Assembly (NCBI GenBank): GCA_934747965.1
Contig: CAKVHI010000001.1
Location: forward strand, 65,703-129,702
DNA length: 64,000 bases
Origin: an uncultured Clostridia bacterium
Lineage (GTDB): Bacteria; Bacillota; Clostridia; Christensenellales; UBA1242
Direction of reading: 5' to 3'
The position numbers and the translations under genes were made by a program. Shown here piece by piece: positions 1 through 10,318 of this stretch. Below the pieces are notes generated by a model. The model saw only the letters and a program-made list of their open reading frames with translations. It was not told the origin of the DNA and ran no database searches. The first letter of the stretch is position 1; each line of letters begins with the position of its first letter.

Positions 1-275
1 TAATTCCTAAAGTCGCAAATATATTTTTAATTTGTGGAATGATTGTTTTTGGATTAAGTTTTCTTGCAAGTTTAATAACTCTCCCAGTTGAATTTAACGC
101 AAGTAAGCGAGCAATTAAAACTTTGCAGAACAACAATATTTTAAGTGAAGAAGAGCTTTTAAAGGCAAAACAAGTTTTGAGTGCCGCAGCACTAACTTAT
201 GTTGCAAGTTTCTTATATAGTTTGTTAAATTTTCTAAGATTTGTTTTAATATTTGCAAAGAAAAATGATAAATAA
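1..275 (+). CDS. C-terminal end of a putative neutral zinc metallopeptidase (YugP / Zn_peptidase_2-like); 5' part lies outside the window
   Basis: The open frame runs into the window edge. The C-terminal string LPVEFNASKRAI...AAALTYVAS resembles the conserved tail of this family. A bidirectional hairpin terminator follows. Confidence 0.55.
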   Translation, partial: IPKVANIFLICGMIVFGLSFLASLITLPVEFNASKRAIKTLQNNNILSEEELLKAKQVLSAAALTYVASFLYSLLNFLRFVLIFAKKNDK

Positions 276-284
276 ATTACTAAA

Positions 285-322
285 CAAAAAAAGGTAACAT
301 TTTAAGATGTTACCTTTTTTAT
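285..322. terminator. Bidirectional rho-independent terminator between convergent genes
   Basis: AAGGTAACAT (291-300) and ATGTTACCTT (307-316) form a perfect 10-bp stem. An A-run lies on the left and a T-run on the right. Confidence 0.65.
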
Positions 323-324
323 CG

Positions 325-1599
325 TCATTTTTTTACCTTTTCTTTTTGTTTTTTGCATAAATTTTTTATTGATGAGAAAACAACTTTTAGCCCACCAATC
401 AGAATGAATGCAAAGAAAGTTAAAATTCTCCAAATAAGCATTGCCCAAGGGAATATTGGTTTTGCAAACCATTTTGCCATCAAATTGTCAAAACTTATTT
501 CCGCAAGACCAGACCCACCCGGAAGTGGCATTATGCCTGAACACAAGTCGCACAAAACTGCACCGCAGAAAATATCAAACCATCCAACATTTATGTTTGC
601 ACCGTTAAGCGGTAAGAATGCAAGATAAATGAAATATGTAATCAAATATATCGCACAATAACTAACAAGTGCCATTAAAAGTTGACAAATTATAACCCAT
701 GCACTTTTTGAAAAATCTTTCATACTTCGCTGATAATTTTTAACAAATTTTGCGACCTTGAAAAATGTTGTTTTATAATTTTTAATGATATGCATTTTAC
801 TTAACAATTTCAAAATTTTTATAATCAAAGCCGGTCCAACCCGCTTTGTTAAACTTAGCAACAATATTGTTAAAACAACAGTAATGTTTATTGCAAGAGC
901 AATAAAAGCAAGTGTTACAATAATCGGACTTGCAAGCAAAGGCTTTGTTAGTTGCGAAATCAAAACAACGAGCGAAATCAAAGAGAAAGCCGTCATGTGA
1001 AAAAATTGCTTTGCCAAAATGACTCCAGTTGCTTTACTTCCTGAAATATCTTTCTTCAAAAGATAAGAGATTTGAAAAGGTTGCCCGCCCACTGCAAACG
1101 GTGTTATTGAATCATAATATCTTCCAATTAAATGTGTGTTTAATGAAGTTATAAATCTTCGCTTTCCTGTTGTTCTTTTAATTAATTGATAAAATCTAAA
1201 AGTGTCAACTATTATTGCAAAGATAAACAGCCCTAATGCAACAAGCAAATATTGGTAAGCAATGTTTTCAAAGATTAACTCTCTTAAACTTTTGATTCCA
1301 CTTGTTAAACCATAATAAATAAAAACACCGGCAATAATAAAAACATTTAAGATTAACAAAATTATATTTATTATCTTTTTCTTTTTTTGATTGTGAAGTT
1401 TAACTTTCTCTTCGGCAATTTCAACATCTTCTTGAACATATTTTTTCATTAAGGAACAACTGAATGTTGTTTGAAAAATTTTGTCTTTAAGACAAGAATA
1501 TTTAACCAATTTGATATTCTTCAAAATACCCTTTTTCAGTTTCCTTTTTGTAAGCATGATTAAAATATACCAAAAATAAAATTTTTTGTCAACAAACAA
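325..1599 (-). CDS. Flippase-like / lysylphosphatidylglycerol-synthase TM-region family membrane protein (UPF0104)
   Basis: Polytopic membrane protein carrying GGQPFQISYLLKKDISGSKATGVILAKQF, typical of the LPG_synthase_TM family. The true start may be an internal Met (about 1557 or 1449). Confidence 0.55.
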   Translation of the reverse strand: MFVDKKFYFWYILIMLTKRKLKKGILKNIKLVKYSCLKDKIFQTTFSCSLMKKYVQEDVEIAEEKVKLHNQKKKKIINIILLILNVFIIAGVFIYYGLTSGIKSLRELIFENIAYQYLLVALGLFIFAIIVDTFRFYQLIKRTTGKRRFITSLNTHLIGRYYDSITPFAVGGQPFQISYLLKKDISGSKATGVILAKQFFHMTAFSLISLVVLISQLTKPLLASPIIVTLAFIALAINITVVLTILLLSLTKRVGPALIIKILKLLSKMHIIKNYKTTFFKVAKFVKNYQRSMKDFSKSAWVIICQLLMALVSYCAIYLITYFIYLAFLPLNGANINVGWFDIFCGAVLCDLCSGIMPLPGGSGLAEISFDNLMAKWFAKPIFPWAMLIWRILTFFAFILIGGLKVVFSSIKNLCKKQKEKVKK

Positions 1600-1658
1600 A
1601 TAGGTTTTAAATAAAAAAGCCTCAAAATATTGTATTATTTTAAGACTTTTTGTTTTTA

Positions 1659-3290
1659 TTATTTAAATAATTTTTCATAAGCAGTTTTGTTATAGTTAAT
1701 TGTTTTACCGCTTCTTAAATCTTTAATCAAAGAAGATTGATATTCACTATATGTGCTAGAATCTACAATCTCAAGCATTTTGTCAAACAAACTTTTATTT
1801 GTTCCTTCCATAACTTCTTTTTCATATAAATATGAAATAGTAACATTTTCAATATTTGCTAAAGAAATATCATTGTCAATCACACCAAGATTAAATATTA
1901 TGTGATAACCATAACTACCTAGCACTGGTTTGTCGTAAATAGAATATTTTTGTGAATTGTTTGTATAAAGTTCTCTGCTTGCAACAGCAAATTCTTTTAT
2001 CATTGTGTCTGCCACATTCGTATCTAAATTGATTGCGTAATATTGACTTTGACTGTTTATAGCGTTCAAAATTCCTTCATCATCATTATACATTTCAATA
2101 AATTCAATGAATTTTGCAACTTTTTCTTTGCCAGTTTCGCAATTTTTTAGTGCATTTTTAATTTCATCATAAACTTCTTGCACTGTTTTTTCTTGAGCAT
2201 TTTTATCTAGTTTATTTTTAACTTTAATTTCACTCGCAATTTTGTCAACTTTTTCTTTATATTGCTCTGGAGTGATTTGTCCAATACTTAGTTTTGTGTC
2301 TAATTCTTTAATTTGATTTGTTTGTTCATCAGAGTATTTTAGCAAAACATGTGAAACTTGGATATATCTTTCACCAAAAGGTTGATAATAAACTTCGCCT
2401 GCACCACTTGAAGTGTCTTGCATTTTTTTGTTATAAGCATCTTCATCTAAAGCATAAGTGAATGCACTTGATTTAACTAGTTCAATATATTTGTCTTTAA
2501 TTTTTTCAAAATCTATTTCCATGTTTTGTTCATAATCTTCTTGAAACATAGTCATATATTTGTTTTTTTCATATATTTTGTAAATTCTGTTTATTTCTTT
2601 TTCAAAAACTTCATTTTCATTAAGGTCTTTATATTCTTCTCTGCTCTTTTTAGTTTTGCTGATATATTTAGAGTAACCTCTTTGAGCCAAGCCTTCAATT
2701 CCATACTCATTCAAAGTAAATTCTATTAATTCAGTGTCAGATTCTTCTTCATTTTCTTTAACTCTTGAATATTCATATTCATTAGTTTGTGAATTAAATG
2801 TTCTTGTAACCTTTTTTTCGTATGGAGTGAATCTAGTAAGGGTTTCTTCTTCACTGGTTTCACTATTTGGAAGAGTTAAATTTTCATTTTTAACAATTTC
2901 ATCAACATAAGTTTTAACTTGACTGTTAACATAATCATAAACTTCTTTCCAAATTTCATTTTGTTTTGTTATTGAAAGTTCTCCAAATTTTTCTTTAGCC
3001 TTTTTCAAAACAAGTTCACGATTAATCAAATCTTCAAGAGTTTGTTTAACTGCTTGCTCTGCAGTGTAAGATTGTTGCTGAACATAATTATATCCAAAAC
3101 TGTTATAGCCAAGAATTAAATCTTCCATGCTTATTTTTATATCATCAACACTGGCAACAGTTTGACTTAAATATTTTGTGTTGTTTATTGTAACTAAACT
3201 GCACGCTGATAAAAGGCAGTTTACACCAAGCAAAAGTATAAGAGCGATTGCACATAGGATTTTTTTCACGATTTCCCCCTCGATTTGCAT
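1659..3290 (-). CDS. PrsA/SurA-like foldase lipoprotein (parvulin-type PPIase domain)
   Basis: Signal peptide with lipobox LLSAC. Parvulin-like strings are YIQVSHVLLKY and GYHIIFNLG. Confidence 0.5.
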   Translation of the reverse strand: MQIEGEIVKKILCAIALILLLGVNCLLSACSLVTINNTKYLSQTVASVDDIKISMEDLILGYNSFGYNYVQQQSYTAEQAVKQTLEDLINRELVLKKAKEKFGELSITKQNEIWKEVYDYVNSQVKTYVDEIVKNENLTLPNSETSEEETLTRFTPYEKKVTRTFNSQTNEYEYSRVKENEEESDTELIEFTLNEYGIEGLAQRGYSKYISKTKKSREEYKDLNENEVFEKEINRIYKIYEKNKYMTMFQEDYEQNMEIDFEKIKDKYIELVKSSAFTYALDEDAYNKKMQDTSSGAGEVYYQPFGERYIQVSHVLLKYSDEQTNQIKELDTKLSIGQITPEQYKEKVDKIASEIKVKNKLDKNAQEKTVQEVYDEIKNALKNCETGKEKVAKFIEFIEMYNDDEGILNAINSQSQYYAINLDTNVADTMIKEFAVASRELYTNNSQKYSIYDKPVLGSYGYHIIFNLGVIDNDISLANIENVTISYLYEKEVMEGTNKSLFDKMLEIVDSSTYSEYQSSLIKDLRSGKTINYNKTAYEKLFK

Positions 3291-3354
3291 TGCAGACAGT
3301 CTACAAGCATTATTGATTAATTATATAATAATTTAATTTTTTTTGCAAATATTT

Positions 3355-6300
3355 TTATGAATTTTGAAAAATATTAATTATTTGTTTTATTTTATCAATC
3401 ACTAAAGCATTCAAATTAACTTCAATTATTGGCAAAGACCTGAATTTTAAACTCAAAACACGCTTGTTTTTGCTTAAAATCTCAAGCATTTTTTCGTTGT
3501 CTACATTTGATTTGTCATAAAACTCTATAAAAGTTGTTTCGCTACCCACAACAATTCTTTTTGCCGAAAAGTTTTGCATAACATTTTTTAACACAGCAAT
3601 ATAGCATAAATTTTTTACTGAATTAGGCACCTGTCCGTATTTTTGCGAAAGCATATTTTCAAGTTCAAGTTCATCACTTAGATTTTTTAAATTAGAAATT
3701 TTTTCATAAACATCAAATCTTGATTCTTCATTTTCGATATAATTTTTAGGAATAAAGCAATCAAGTTTAACATCAATCTTAAGGTCTTTGTATTCTTGCG
3801 TTTTTATGCCTTTTAATTCACTTACTGCTTCTTTTAAAAGCCTGTTATACATATCTATTCCCACTTTTTCGATATGTCCACTCTGCTCTGCTCCAAAAAC
3901 CGAGCCTGCACCTCTGATTTCCAAATCACGCATTGCAATTTTAAAGCCACTACCTAAACTTGAAAATTCGCTTAAACATGCTAGTCTTTTATACCCTTCT
4001 TCGGTCAAAAGACGACTGTTTTCATAAGTAAAATATGCATAAGCTTCTATGTCACTTCTTCCAACACGACCCCGTAATTGATAAAGTTGGCTCAAACCAA
4101 GTTTATCAGCCGAAGTTATTATTATGGTGTTGGCTTTTGGAAGGTCAATACCATTTTCTATCAAAACAGTAGAAACTAAAATTTGGATTTCTTCATTATA
4201 AACTTTCATTATAACATTTTCTAGTGCTTTTTTATCCATTTGCCCATGAGCGATGCCCAAAGCCGTGTTTGGAAAATAATCTTGAATTGTTTGTGCAAAT
4301 TGATTTATTGATTCAACCCTGTTATAAACAATCAAAACTTGACCATTTCTTGCAATTTCCTTTTTTACAGCGTCTTTCACAAGAAGTGGCGAATATTCGC
4401 ACACAACGCTGTGAACAGGTATACGGTTTTTTGGCGGAGTGTCTATAATGCTAATATCCCTAACCCCAATTAAACTCATATTAAGCGTTCGAGGAATAGG
4501 GGTGGCAGACAATGTTATAACATCAATATTGTTTTTCAAATTTTTTATTTTTTCTTTATCTGAAACCCCAAAACGCTGTTCTTCATCAAGCACCAAAAGC
4601 CCTAAATCTTTAAAAACCACATCGTTCGACAAAAGTCTGTGCGTGCCACAAATCAAATCAATTTTGCCTGACTTTAATTTATCCAAAATTTCATTTGTTT
4701 CCTTTTTTGACTTAAATCTGTTTAAACATTCAACATTAACCATAAAACTTTTCATTCGAGCAAGACAGGTTTTGTAGTGTTGCTCACTCAAAATTGTTGT
4801 TGGGCACAAAAAAGCAACTTGTTTTCCAGATAATATTGCCTTGAAAATGGCACGCATTGCAACCTCAGTTTTACCATAACCAACATCGCCACAAACGAGC
4901 CTGTCCATAACCTTACCACTTTGCATATCTTTTTTAATGTCATCAACAGCCTTTTGTTGGTCAGGTGTAAGTGAAAAAGGAAAAGCGTTTTCAAATTCTT
5001 GCTGAACAATATCATCACTGTTAAAAGCAAAACCTTTTTGTTTGTTTCGTTTTGCATAAAGTTCAATCAAATTAAAAGCAAGTTCTTTTACTTTTGTTTT
5101 AACTTTTTGCTTTTCTTTGTTAAATTCATCACTGCCCAATTTGTTTAATTTTGGATTTTGACTTTCGCCAACATATTTAGAAATTAAATTTGCTTTTTCA
5201 CTTGGAAGATACAAAACATCATTGTTTGCAAACTCAAGTACTATATAGTCTTTTTCGACCGAATTAAATTCAATTTTTTCGATTTTTTTGCACAAACATA
5301 TACCAAAAGTGTCATGCACCACATAATCGCCAACTTTTGGTGTGAAAAAAACTTTTTTCAGTTTTTCTTCTTGATTTGTTAATTTTTTTGTGCCATAAAT
5401 GTTATAATTTCCAACAAAAATCACTTTGTCCTCAACAAAGTTTACACCATTCAAAACTTTGGAAACAAAAACATAATTTCCTTTTGCATTTATTTGATTA
5501 AGGCTTGTAATAACAGCAAAAATCAAATCATTTTGAGTCATAAACTCTTCAAGTTTAAGGGCTTTTTCATTGCTTTCAGCGCACAAAACAACAGTATAAT
5601 TTTGGTTGATAAGACCTTTGATGTCTTCAAGCAAAAAAGTAAAATTATTATTATAATTATTCACAAAACTTGACAAAAAACTGAAAACCATTTGGCTTGC
5701 AAAAATTTTATTACTTGTGTTTAAGTTCAAAAAAGCAAGTTGAGTGCAATTTGCTTTAAAAACATTTTCTTTTTTAACAACGCAATCTCGGTGCTCAGGC
5801 AAAATCCTTCCTTCAAAAATAAGAGAAGAAGTCGTTGACAAAAAATTCACATATTCATCATTAATGTTGTCTAACAAAAGTTTAGGTTCTAAAAATATAA
5901 CAACACCGTCATCAAGATAATCTAAAATTGAGCTATCGAAGCCATCCAAAAAAGGAAGAATAAAATTAGAGTTTATCTTGACTTTCGGACGGTTTTCAAT
6001 TTCTGAGAGCAAATTGTTCAAATTTTCTTTCTTTTCGTTAGACGAGTTTTTAATTTCATCCAAAATTGTTTCTTTTATTTTACTTTCAACTTTGTCGCTT
6101 TCATAATAAAAATTGCATGGACAAATCGTAATACTTTCTTCTTTTTTTAATTCATCATAAGTGTCAATCGAAAATTGCGATATTTTTTCAATCAAATTGT
6201 CAAAAAAACTTATTCTTAGTGGATTTTTATAATTTACAGCATAAACACTTATTATGTCCCCCCTAATCGTAAATTGCCCTGATTTTTCAAGTTCATCAAC

Positions 6301-6771
6301 TCTTTCATATCCCGAATTTAGCAAACTTTGTTTAAACTTTTCAAAATCAATTTCTGTATTAACATTAAGTGTTAAATAAAGTTTTGAAAACTCATTTTTG
6401 TTTATAACCTTTTGCATCAAAACTTTGCCTAAAACAATCAAAACATCAATTTGTTTTTCGTTAAGCAAAAAAAGAGCCTTTGTTAGGTTACGCATATCTT
6501 CTTCATCTTGAAAATAACTGAAAGAATAGTTTTCAATTTTTGATACTAAAACATATGTTTTAAGATTTAGGCTTTCAAGTTGAGCCGAATATTTGTAAGC
6601 AAGGTCTATGGAAGAAACAACCAAAATTTTTTGCTTGTTAATCATTTTAAGCAAAAATGAGATTTCATTAAAATTTAAACCAAAACAAGAGCAATCTTTA
6701 TTGCTCAAAACATTATTTACTAAATCGACATACTTACTTTCTTTATTTAATTTCTCTAAAACATTTATCAT
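3355..6771 (-). CDS. mfd: Transcription-repair coupling factor Mfd
   Basis: 1138 aa. SF2 helicase motifs GDVGYGKTEVA, DEEQRFG, TLSATPIPRT and GRVGRS, in the typical Mfd layout, with a 4-nt overlap with pth. Confidence 0.95.
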   Translation of the reverse strand: MINVLEKLNKESKYVDLVNNVLSNKDCSCFGLNFNEISFLLKMINKQKILVVSSIDLAYKYSAQLESLNLKTYVLVSKIENYSFSYFQDEEDMRNLTKALFLLNEKQIDVLIVLGKVLMQKVINKNEFSKLYLTLNVNTEIDFEKFKQSLLNSGYERVDELEKSGQFTIRGDIISVYAVNYKNPLRISFFDNLIEKISQFSIDTYDELKKEESITICPCNFYYESDKVESKIKETILDEIKNSSNEKKENLNNLLSEIENRPKVKINSNFILPFLDGFDSSILDYLDDGVVIFLEPKLLLDNINDEYVNFLSTTSSLIFEGRILPEHRDCVVKKENVFKANCTQLAFLNLNTSNKIFASQMVFSFLSSFVNNYNNNFTFLLEDIKGLINQNYTVVLCAESNEKALKLEEFMTQNDLIFAVITSLNQINAKGNYVFVSKVLNGVNFVEDKVIFVGNYNIYGTKKLTNQEEKLKKVFFTPKVGDYVVHDTFGICLCKKIEKIEFNSVEKDYIVLEFANNDVLYLPSEKANLISKYVGESQNPKLNKLGSDEFNKEKQKVKTKVKELAFNLIELYAKRNKQKGFAFNSDDIVQQEFENAFPFSLTPDQQKAVDDIKKDMQSGKVMDRLVCGDVGYGKTEVAMRAIFKAILSGKQVAFLCPTTILSEQHYKTCLARMKSFMVNVECLNRFKSKKETNEILDKLKSGKIDLICGTHRLLSNDVVFKDLGLLVLDEEQRFGVSDKEKIKNLKNNIDVITLSATPIPRTLNMSLIGVRDISIIDTPPKNRIPVHSVVCEYSPLLVKDAVKKEIARNGQVLIVYNRVESINQFAQTIQDYFPNTALGIAHGQMDKKALENVIMKVYNEEIQILVSTVLIENGIDLPKANTIIITSADKLGLSQLYQLRGRVGRSDIEAYAYFTYENSRLLTEEGYKRLACLSEFSSLGSGFKIAMRDLEIRGAGSVFGAEQSGHIEKVGIDMYNRLLKEAVSELKGIKTQEYKDLKIDVKLDCFIPKNYIENEESRFDVYEKISNLKNLSDELELENMLSQKYGQVPNSVKNLCYIAVLKNVMQNFSAKRIVVGSETTFIEFYDKSNVDNEKMLEILSKNKRVLSLKFRSLPIIEVNLNALVIDKIKQIINIFQNS

Positions 6772-7313
6772 AAACTTACATTATCAACTTGCCCATTTTT
6801 TGAAATAAATTCATCCAAAAAGTTGCAGGCTTTTTCAAAAACTTCATCAAAGTTTTGTTTTTTACATTTGCTTAAAACATAATTTATTAACGGGACATTA
6901 CTATTTTTATCTTTAATTCCAATTCTAAGCCTTTTAAAATTCTCACTGTTTATCATCCTAACAATATCTCTCATTCCGTTATGCGTTCCACTACTTCCCA
7001 TTTTGCGAAATCTTATTTCGCCGATAGGCAAATCATAGTCATCATAAATAACCAAAATGTCTTCAATCTTAGCGCCAAATTTATTAATAAAATTTTTAAC
7101 ACAAGTGCCACTGTTATTCATAAATGTTGTTGGTTTAACAAAAATAACTTTTTGCCCGTCAATATTTGTTTCACAAAAATTTCCGTTATATTTTGTTTTG
7201 TTCATCATCAAGCCTTTTTTTTCAAAAAATCTATCTAGGCACATAAACCCCATGTTGTGATAAGTAGATTCATATTCTTTTCCAAAATTACCAAGTCCAA
7301 AAATTAAAAGCAT
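6768..7313 (-). CDS. pth: Peptidyl-tRNA hydrolase
   Basis: LIFGLGNFGKEYESTYHNMGF, FVKPTTFMNNSG and SSGTHNGMRD are Pth signatures. Confidence 0.9.
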   Translation of the reverse strand: MLLIFGLGNFGKEYESTYHNMGFMCLDRFFEKKGLMMNKTKYNGNFCETNIDGQKVIFVKPTTFMNNSGTCVKNFINKFGAKIEDILVIYDDYDLPIGEIRFRKMGSSGTHNGMRDIVRMINSENFKRLRIGIKDKNSNVPLINYVLSKCKKQNFDEVFEKACNFLDEFISKNGQVDNVSL

Positions 7314-7321
7314 ACAGCCTC

Positions 7322-8170
7322 CTAAACAATTTTTTCATTTGAAATCATTTTATTTTCTTTGATTGTTTGATTTTTTATAACACTGTAATCTTCAATCACA
7401 CAGTTTTCAAGAATAACACTGTTTTTGATTATGCTGTTTTCAACGCAAACATTCTTTTCTAAGATAACTTTATTTAGGCAACAAGAATTTAATTTGCAGT
7501 TTTCTTTAACAACACTTTTTCCACAAATTTTTACATTCTCGCCAACAATTACCCCACTTTCTATATTAACAACAGCATCAACAGCACAAGAATCTGGGTC
7601 TAAAAACACAACACCTTTTGATTGATGATAACTTATTATCCTGCTCTTTAAAATTTTTAGTGCAACCGAAAAACTTTTTAAGTCAAAAACCTTAAAAAAG
7701 TCTTCTTCAAAGAAGTTTTGCTCCAAAGGATTATAAATCTTCTCCGTTTTTTTTAAATAATCAGTTTCAAACATAAACCCACGATTAAATTTCAAACTGC
7801 AAAGTTTTTTAATTAAAAAATAATCAATAATTTCATGCACAGTTTTTTTTGTTAATAATGGCGTATCTGAAAACAAAGTCAAAACATATTTTTTATTGTT
7901 TAAATTATGTTTTATAACATTTATAATATCATCTTTTGAATCAATATCAACTATTTTGGTTTCAAAATTTACGCAAGCATTTTTAATATAATCTATGCCT
8001 TTAACAGCAAACATTTCCAAACTAGAATAATCTTTTTCATAAGAAGGTTTTAAAATTAAAACTAAAATGTTGTTATAATCTTCTTCCAAACTAAGTTCGC
8101 CCAAAATTTTGGAAACCATATCATTTGTTTTTTCTTTCTCAGTAGTTTCTGTTTCTATAAAGTCTATCAT
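7322..8170 (-). CDS. GlmU-like protein: degenerate nucleotidyltransferase-like N-terminus plus left-handed beta-helix (hexapeptide) repeats
   Basis: The C-terminal half is made of I/V-x-x-N hexapeptide-like repeats. LTLFSDTPLL resembles the GlmU (L)YGDVPL segment. No G-x-G-T-R-M nucleotide-binding signature is visible near the N-terminus. Confidence 0.4.
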   Translation of the reverse strand: MIDFIETETTEKEKTNDMVSKILGELSLEEDYNNILVLILKPSYEKDYSSLEMFAVKGIDYIKNACVNFETKIVDIDSKDDIINVIKHNLNNKKYVLTLFSDTPLLTKKTVHEIIDYFLIKKLCSLKFNRGFMFETDYLKKTEKIYNPLEQNFFEEDFFKVFDLKSFSVALKILKSRIISYHQSKGVVFLDPDSCAVDAVVNIESGVIVGENVKICGKSVVKENCKLNSCCLNKVILEKNVCVENSIIKNSVILENCVIEDYSVIKNQTIKENKMISNEKIV

Positions 8171-8277
8171 AATTCCCCCTAAAAATTTTTATTTAAAATC
8201 ACATAAACTGATAAAAAATTTGAAATTAAACAGTTAATAATACTTATTATAAAACATAATAAAAAAAAGTCAAACGG

Positions 8278-8724
8278 TTAGCGTTTGTCTTTAAAAAAAT
8301 TTGTCAAAAGAAGCGAACATTCTTTTTCTTTTATACCTCCTTCAACATAGCATTTTGAATTAAAACCTTTTTCATTTAATTTTTCATAATTTTCAACTTG
8401 CATGCCATACTTTTTGTCGTATGCCCCAAAATATATCGCATCAATTCTGCTTGACAAGATTGCCCCATAACACATCAAACAAGGTTGTTTTGTAACATAT
8501 ATAGAAAGCCCGGATAAATTCCAAGTTTTTAATTTTTTTGACGCTTTTTTTATTGCAATAATTTCAGCATGATAAACAGCACAATGTTTTTTCTCTTTTC
8601 TGTTAAACGCTTTTGCAATAATTTTGTTATCCTTAACAATTATTGCTCCAACTGGCACTTCATCTTGTTTGTATGCCTTTTTTGCTAACTTTAAACAAAC
8701 ATCCATAAAATCTTCTTTTGTCAT
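8278..8724 (-). CDS. tadA: tRNA-specific adenosine deaminase
   Basis: The CDA-fold zinc motifs HAEIIAI and PCLMCYGAI; 148 aa. Confidence 0.85.
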   Translation of the reverse strand: MTKEDFMDVCLKLAKKAYKQDEVPVGAIIVKDNKIIAKAFNRKEKKHCAVYHAEIIAIKKASKKLKTWNLSGLSIYVTKQPCLMCYGAILSSRIDAIYFGAYDKKYGMQVENYEKLNEKGFNSKCYVEGGIKEKECSLLLTNFFKDKR

Positions 8725-9197
8725 TATTTGTGATATCCCTTGTTGTTTAATATTGTAAATGCTCTGTAAATTTGTTCAGAAAAAATAACTCTCATAAGTT
8801 GATGAGGAAAAGTTAATTTTGAAAAAGAAATTTTATATTCGCATTTTTCTTCAACCTCTCGACTTACACCATAACTTCCGCCGATAACAAAATTTAATTC
8901 ACTTATTCCATTAACTTGTTTGTTTTTTATAAACTCAGCTAATTCTTCACTTGAATATTCTTTCGCATTTATTGAAAGCAAAACATTATTCTTTTTTAGT
9001 TTTGAAATAATTAACTTTCCTTCTTCGGTTTTAATTTTTTCTATCTCACTTTTTGTTGGGCTTGCAAAATTAAATTCTTTAAGTTCAATAATATTAAAAT
9101 TACAAAATGCTTGCAATCTTTTGGAATATTCTTTCAAAGCATCCCTAAAAAAACTTTCTTTGATGTTTCCCACACAAATCAAATTTATAGTCATCAT
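8724..9197 (-). CDS. rlmH: 23S rRNA (pseudouridine1915-N3)-methyltransferase RlmH (SPOUT)
   Basis: The INLICVGNIK...LKEYSKRL start and the GGSYG/HQL strings are typical of RlmH. The start is placed at the internal MMTIN Met so that it abuts the upstream stop codon. Confidence 0.8.
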   Translation of the reverse strand: MMTINLICVGNIKESFFRDALKEYSKRLQAFCNFNIIELKEFNFASPTKSEIEKIKTEEGKLIISKLKKNNVLLSINAKEYSSEELAEFIKNKQVNGISELNFVIGGSYGVSREVEEKCEYKISFSKLTFPHQLMRVIFSEQIYRAFTILNNKGYHK

Positions 9198-10318
9198 AAA
9201 ACACCCCAAATGAATGTAAAAATGGTTATGATAGTTCCCAAAAACAAACTTGCAATCAGAAATATTTTATCAAGCAAAGCAAGTTTTTCTTTTGGATAAA
9301 TGTCTTGCAAAAACAATTCAGTCAAATTTTTTGGTTCAATAATATTTTCAAGAATAATAGGCTCTACATCGCCAATATAGTGCATCTCATTCACTTCTTC
9401 GCCCGACTCATAGTTGACAATATTTTTATTTAATTTTCCTTTTAATTTTAAAATAACATTTTTGAAGCTTTCAAAACTTGTTAATTTCAACAATTTCATG
9501 ATTAATCTTGCAAGTAAGAACAATAAAACACAAATGCCTACAATTATAAACAACAAACTGATTATGAAATTGTTTGAAATAAAGTTTGAAATTGCATCAT
9601 AAAAATTTCCTAAAAACCAATTATTGTTTGACGCAAAAGATAAGTATACATTAACAAAGTTGTTCACAAAATGAATTATAACTGCTGGCCAAATGCTTTT
9701 TCCAACAATAGAAACAAAACCGATTAATAACCCCAAAATTGACGCATAAAAAACTTGAACAATGTTAAGGTGCATAAGTCCAAAGCATATCGAGCTTATA
9801 ATCAATGCGTGCTTCACACTTATGCTGTTAAAAAGCCCACGCATTAAAAGTCCACGATGAATAAACTCTTCACACAAAGCGGGCAAAATTGCAACACAAA
9901 CAATATTAACAAAAAAACTTAATAGTGAATAATCTTGAGAAGTATTTCCGCTTGATGATTTATAGCCAAATGCATGAATAATTCCATTAAAAACTGAGCT
10001 TACAACGATGTTTAATAAAAATGCAATTAGGCCAATAAGAACACACAACAAAATAACTTTTCCATTAATTTTTTTGTATCCTAAGTTAGAAAAAGTTTCT
10101 TTAGGCTTTTTCTTAAACATAAGCATGTAAAACAAAAAAGGCACCAAAAACATAACAACCACTTGAATCAAAAAAGTTGAAATCAATTCTTGCCAAATTT
10201 CGCCAAGACCACTCAAAAAACCAAGTCCAAAAATAATTCTTATACCAACAAAAAGTACAAGAGAAATAAAATATATTAAGGTTATTCTAAAAAAATTTGA
10301 TTGTTTTTGCATATTCAC
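9194..10318 (-). CDS. CPBP family intramembrane glutamic endopeptidase (CAAX protease-like)
   Basis: A polytopic membrane protein with EEFIHRGLL, MHL and HFVNNF motifs. Confidence 0.75.
   Translation of the reverse strand: MNMQKQSNFFRITLIYFISLVLFVGIRIIFGLGFLSGLGEIWQELISTFLIQVVVMFLVPFLFYMLMFKKKPKETFSNLGYKKINGKVILLCVLIGLIAFLLNIVVSSVFNGIIHAFGYKSSSGNTSQDYSLLSFFVNIVCVAILPALCEEFIHRGLLMRGLFNSISVKHALIISSICFGLMHLNIVQVFYASILGLLIGFVSIVGKSIWPAVIIHFVNNFVNVYLSFASNNNWFLGNFYDAISNFISNNFIISLLFIIVGICVLLFLLARLIMKLLKLTSFESFKNVILKLKGKLNKNIVNYESGEEVNEMHYIGDVEPIILENIIEPKNLTELFLQDIYPKEKLALLDKIFLIASLFLGTIITIFTFIWGVL

Noticed and set aside
3788-5066. Several 70-110 aa ORFs on both strands inside mfd (and similar ones inside glmM, tyrS, the methylase and the helicase)
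   Set aside because: They lie wholly within long, motif-supported genes. They are the expected chance ORFs of AT-rich sequence and carry no independent signals.
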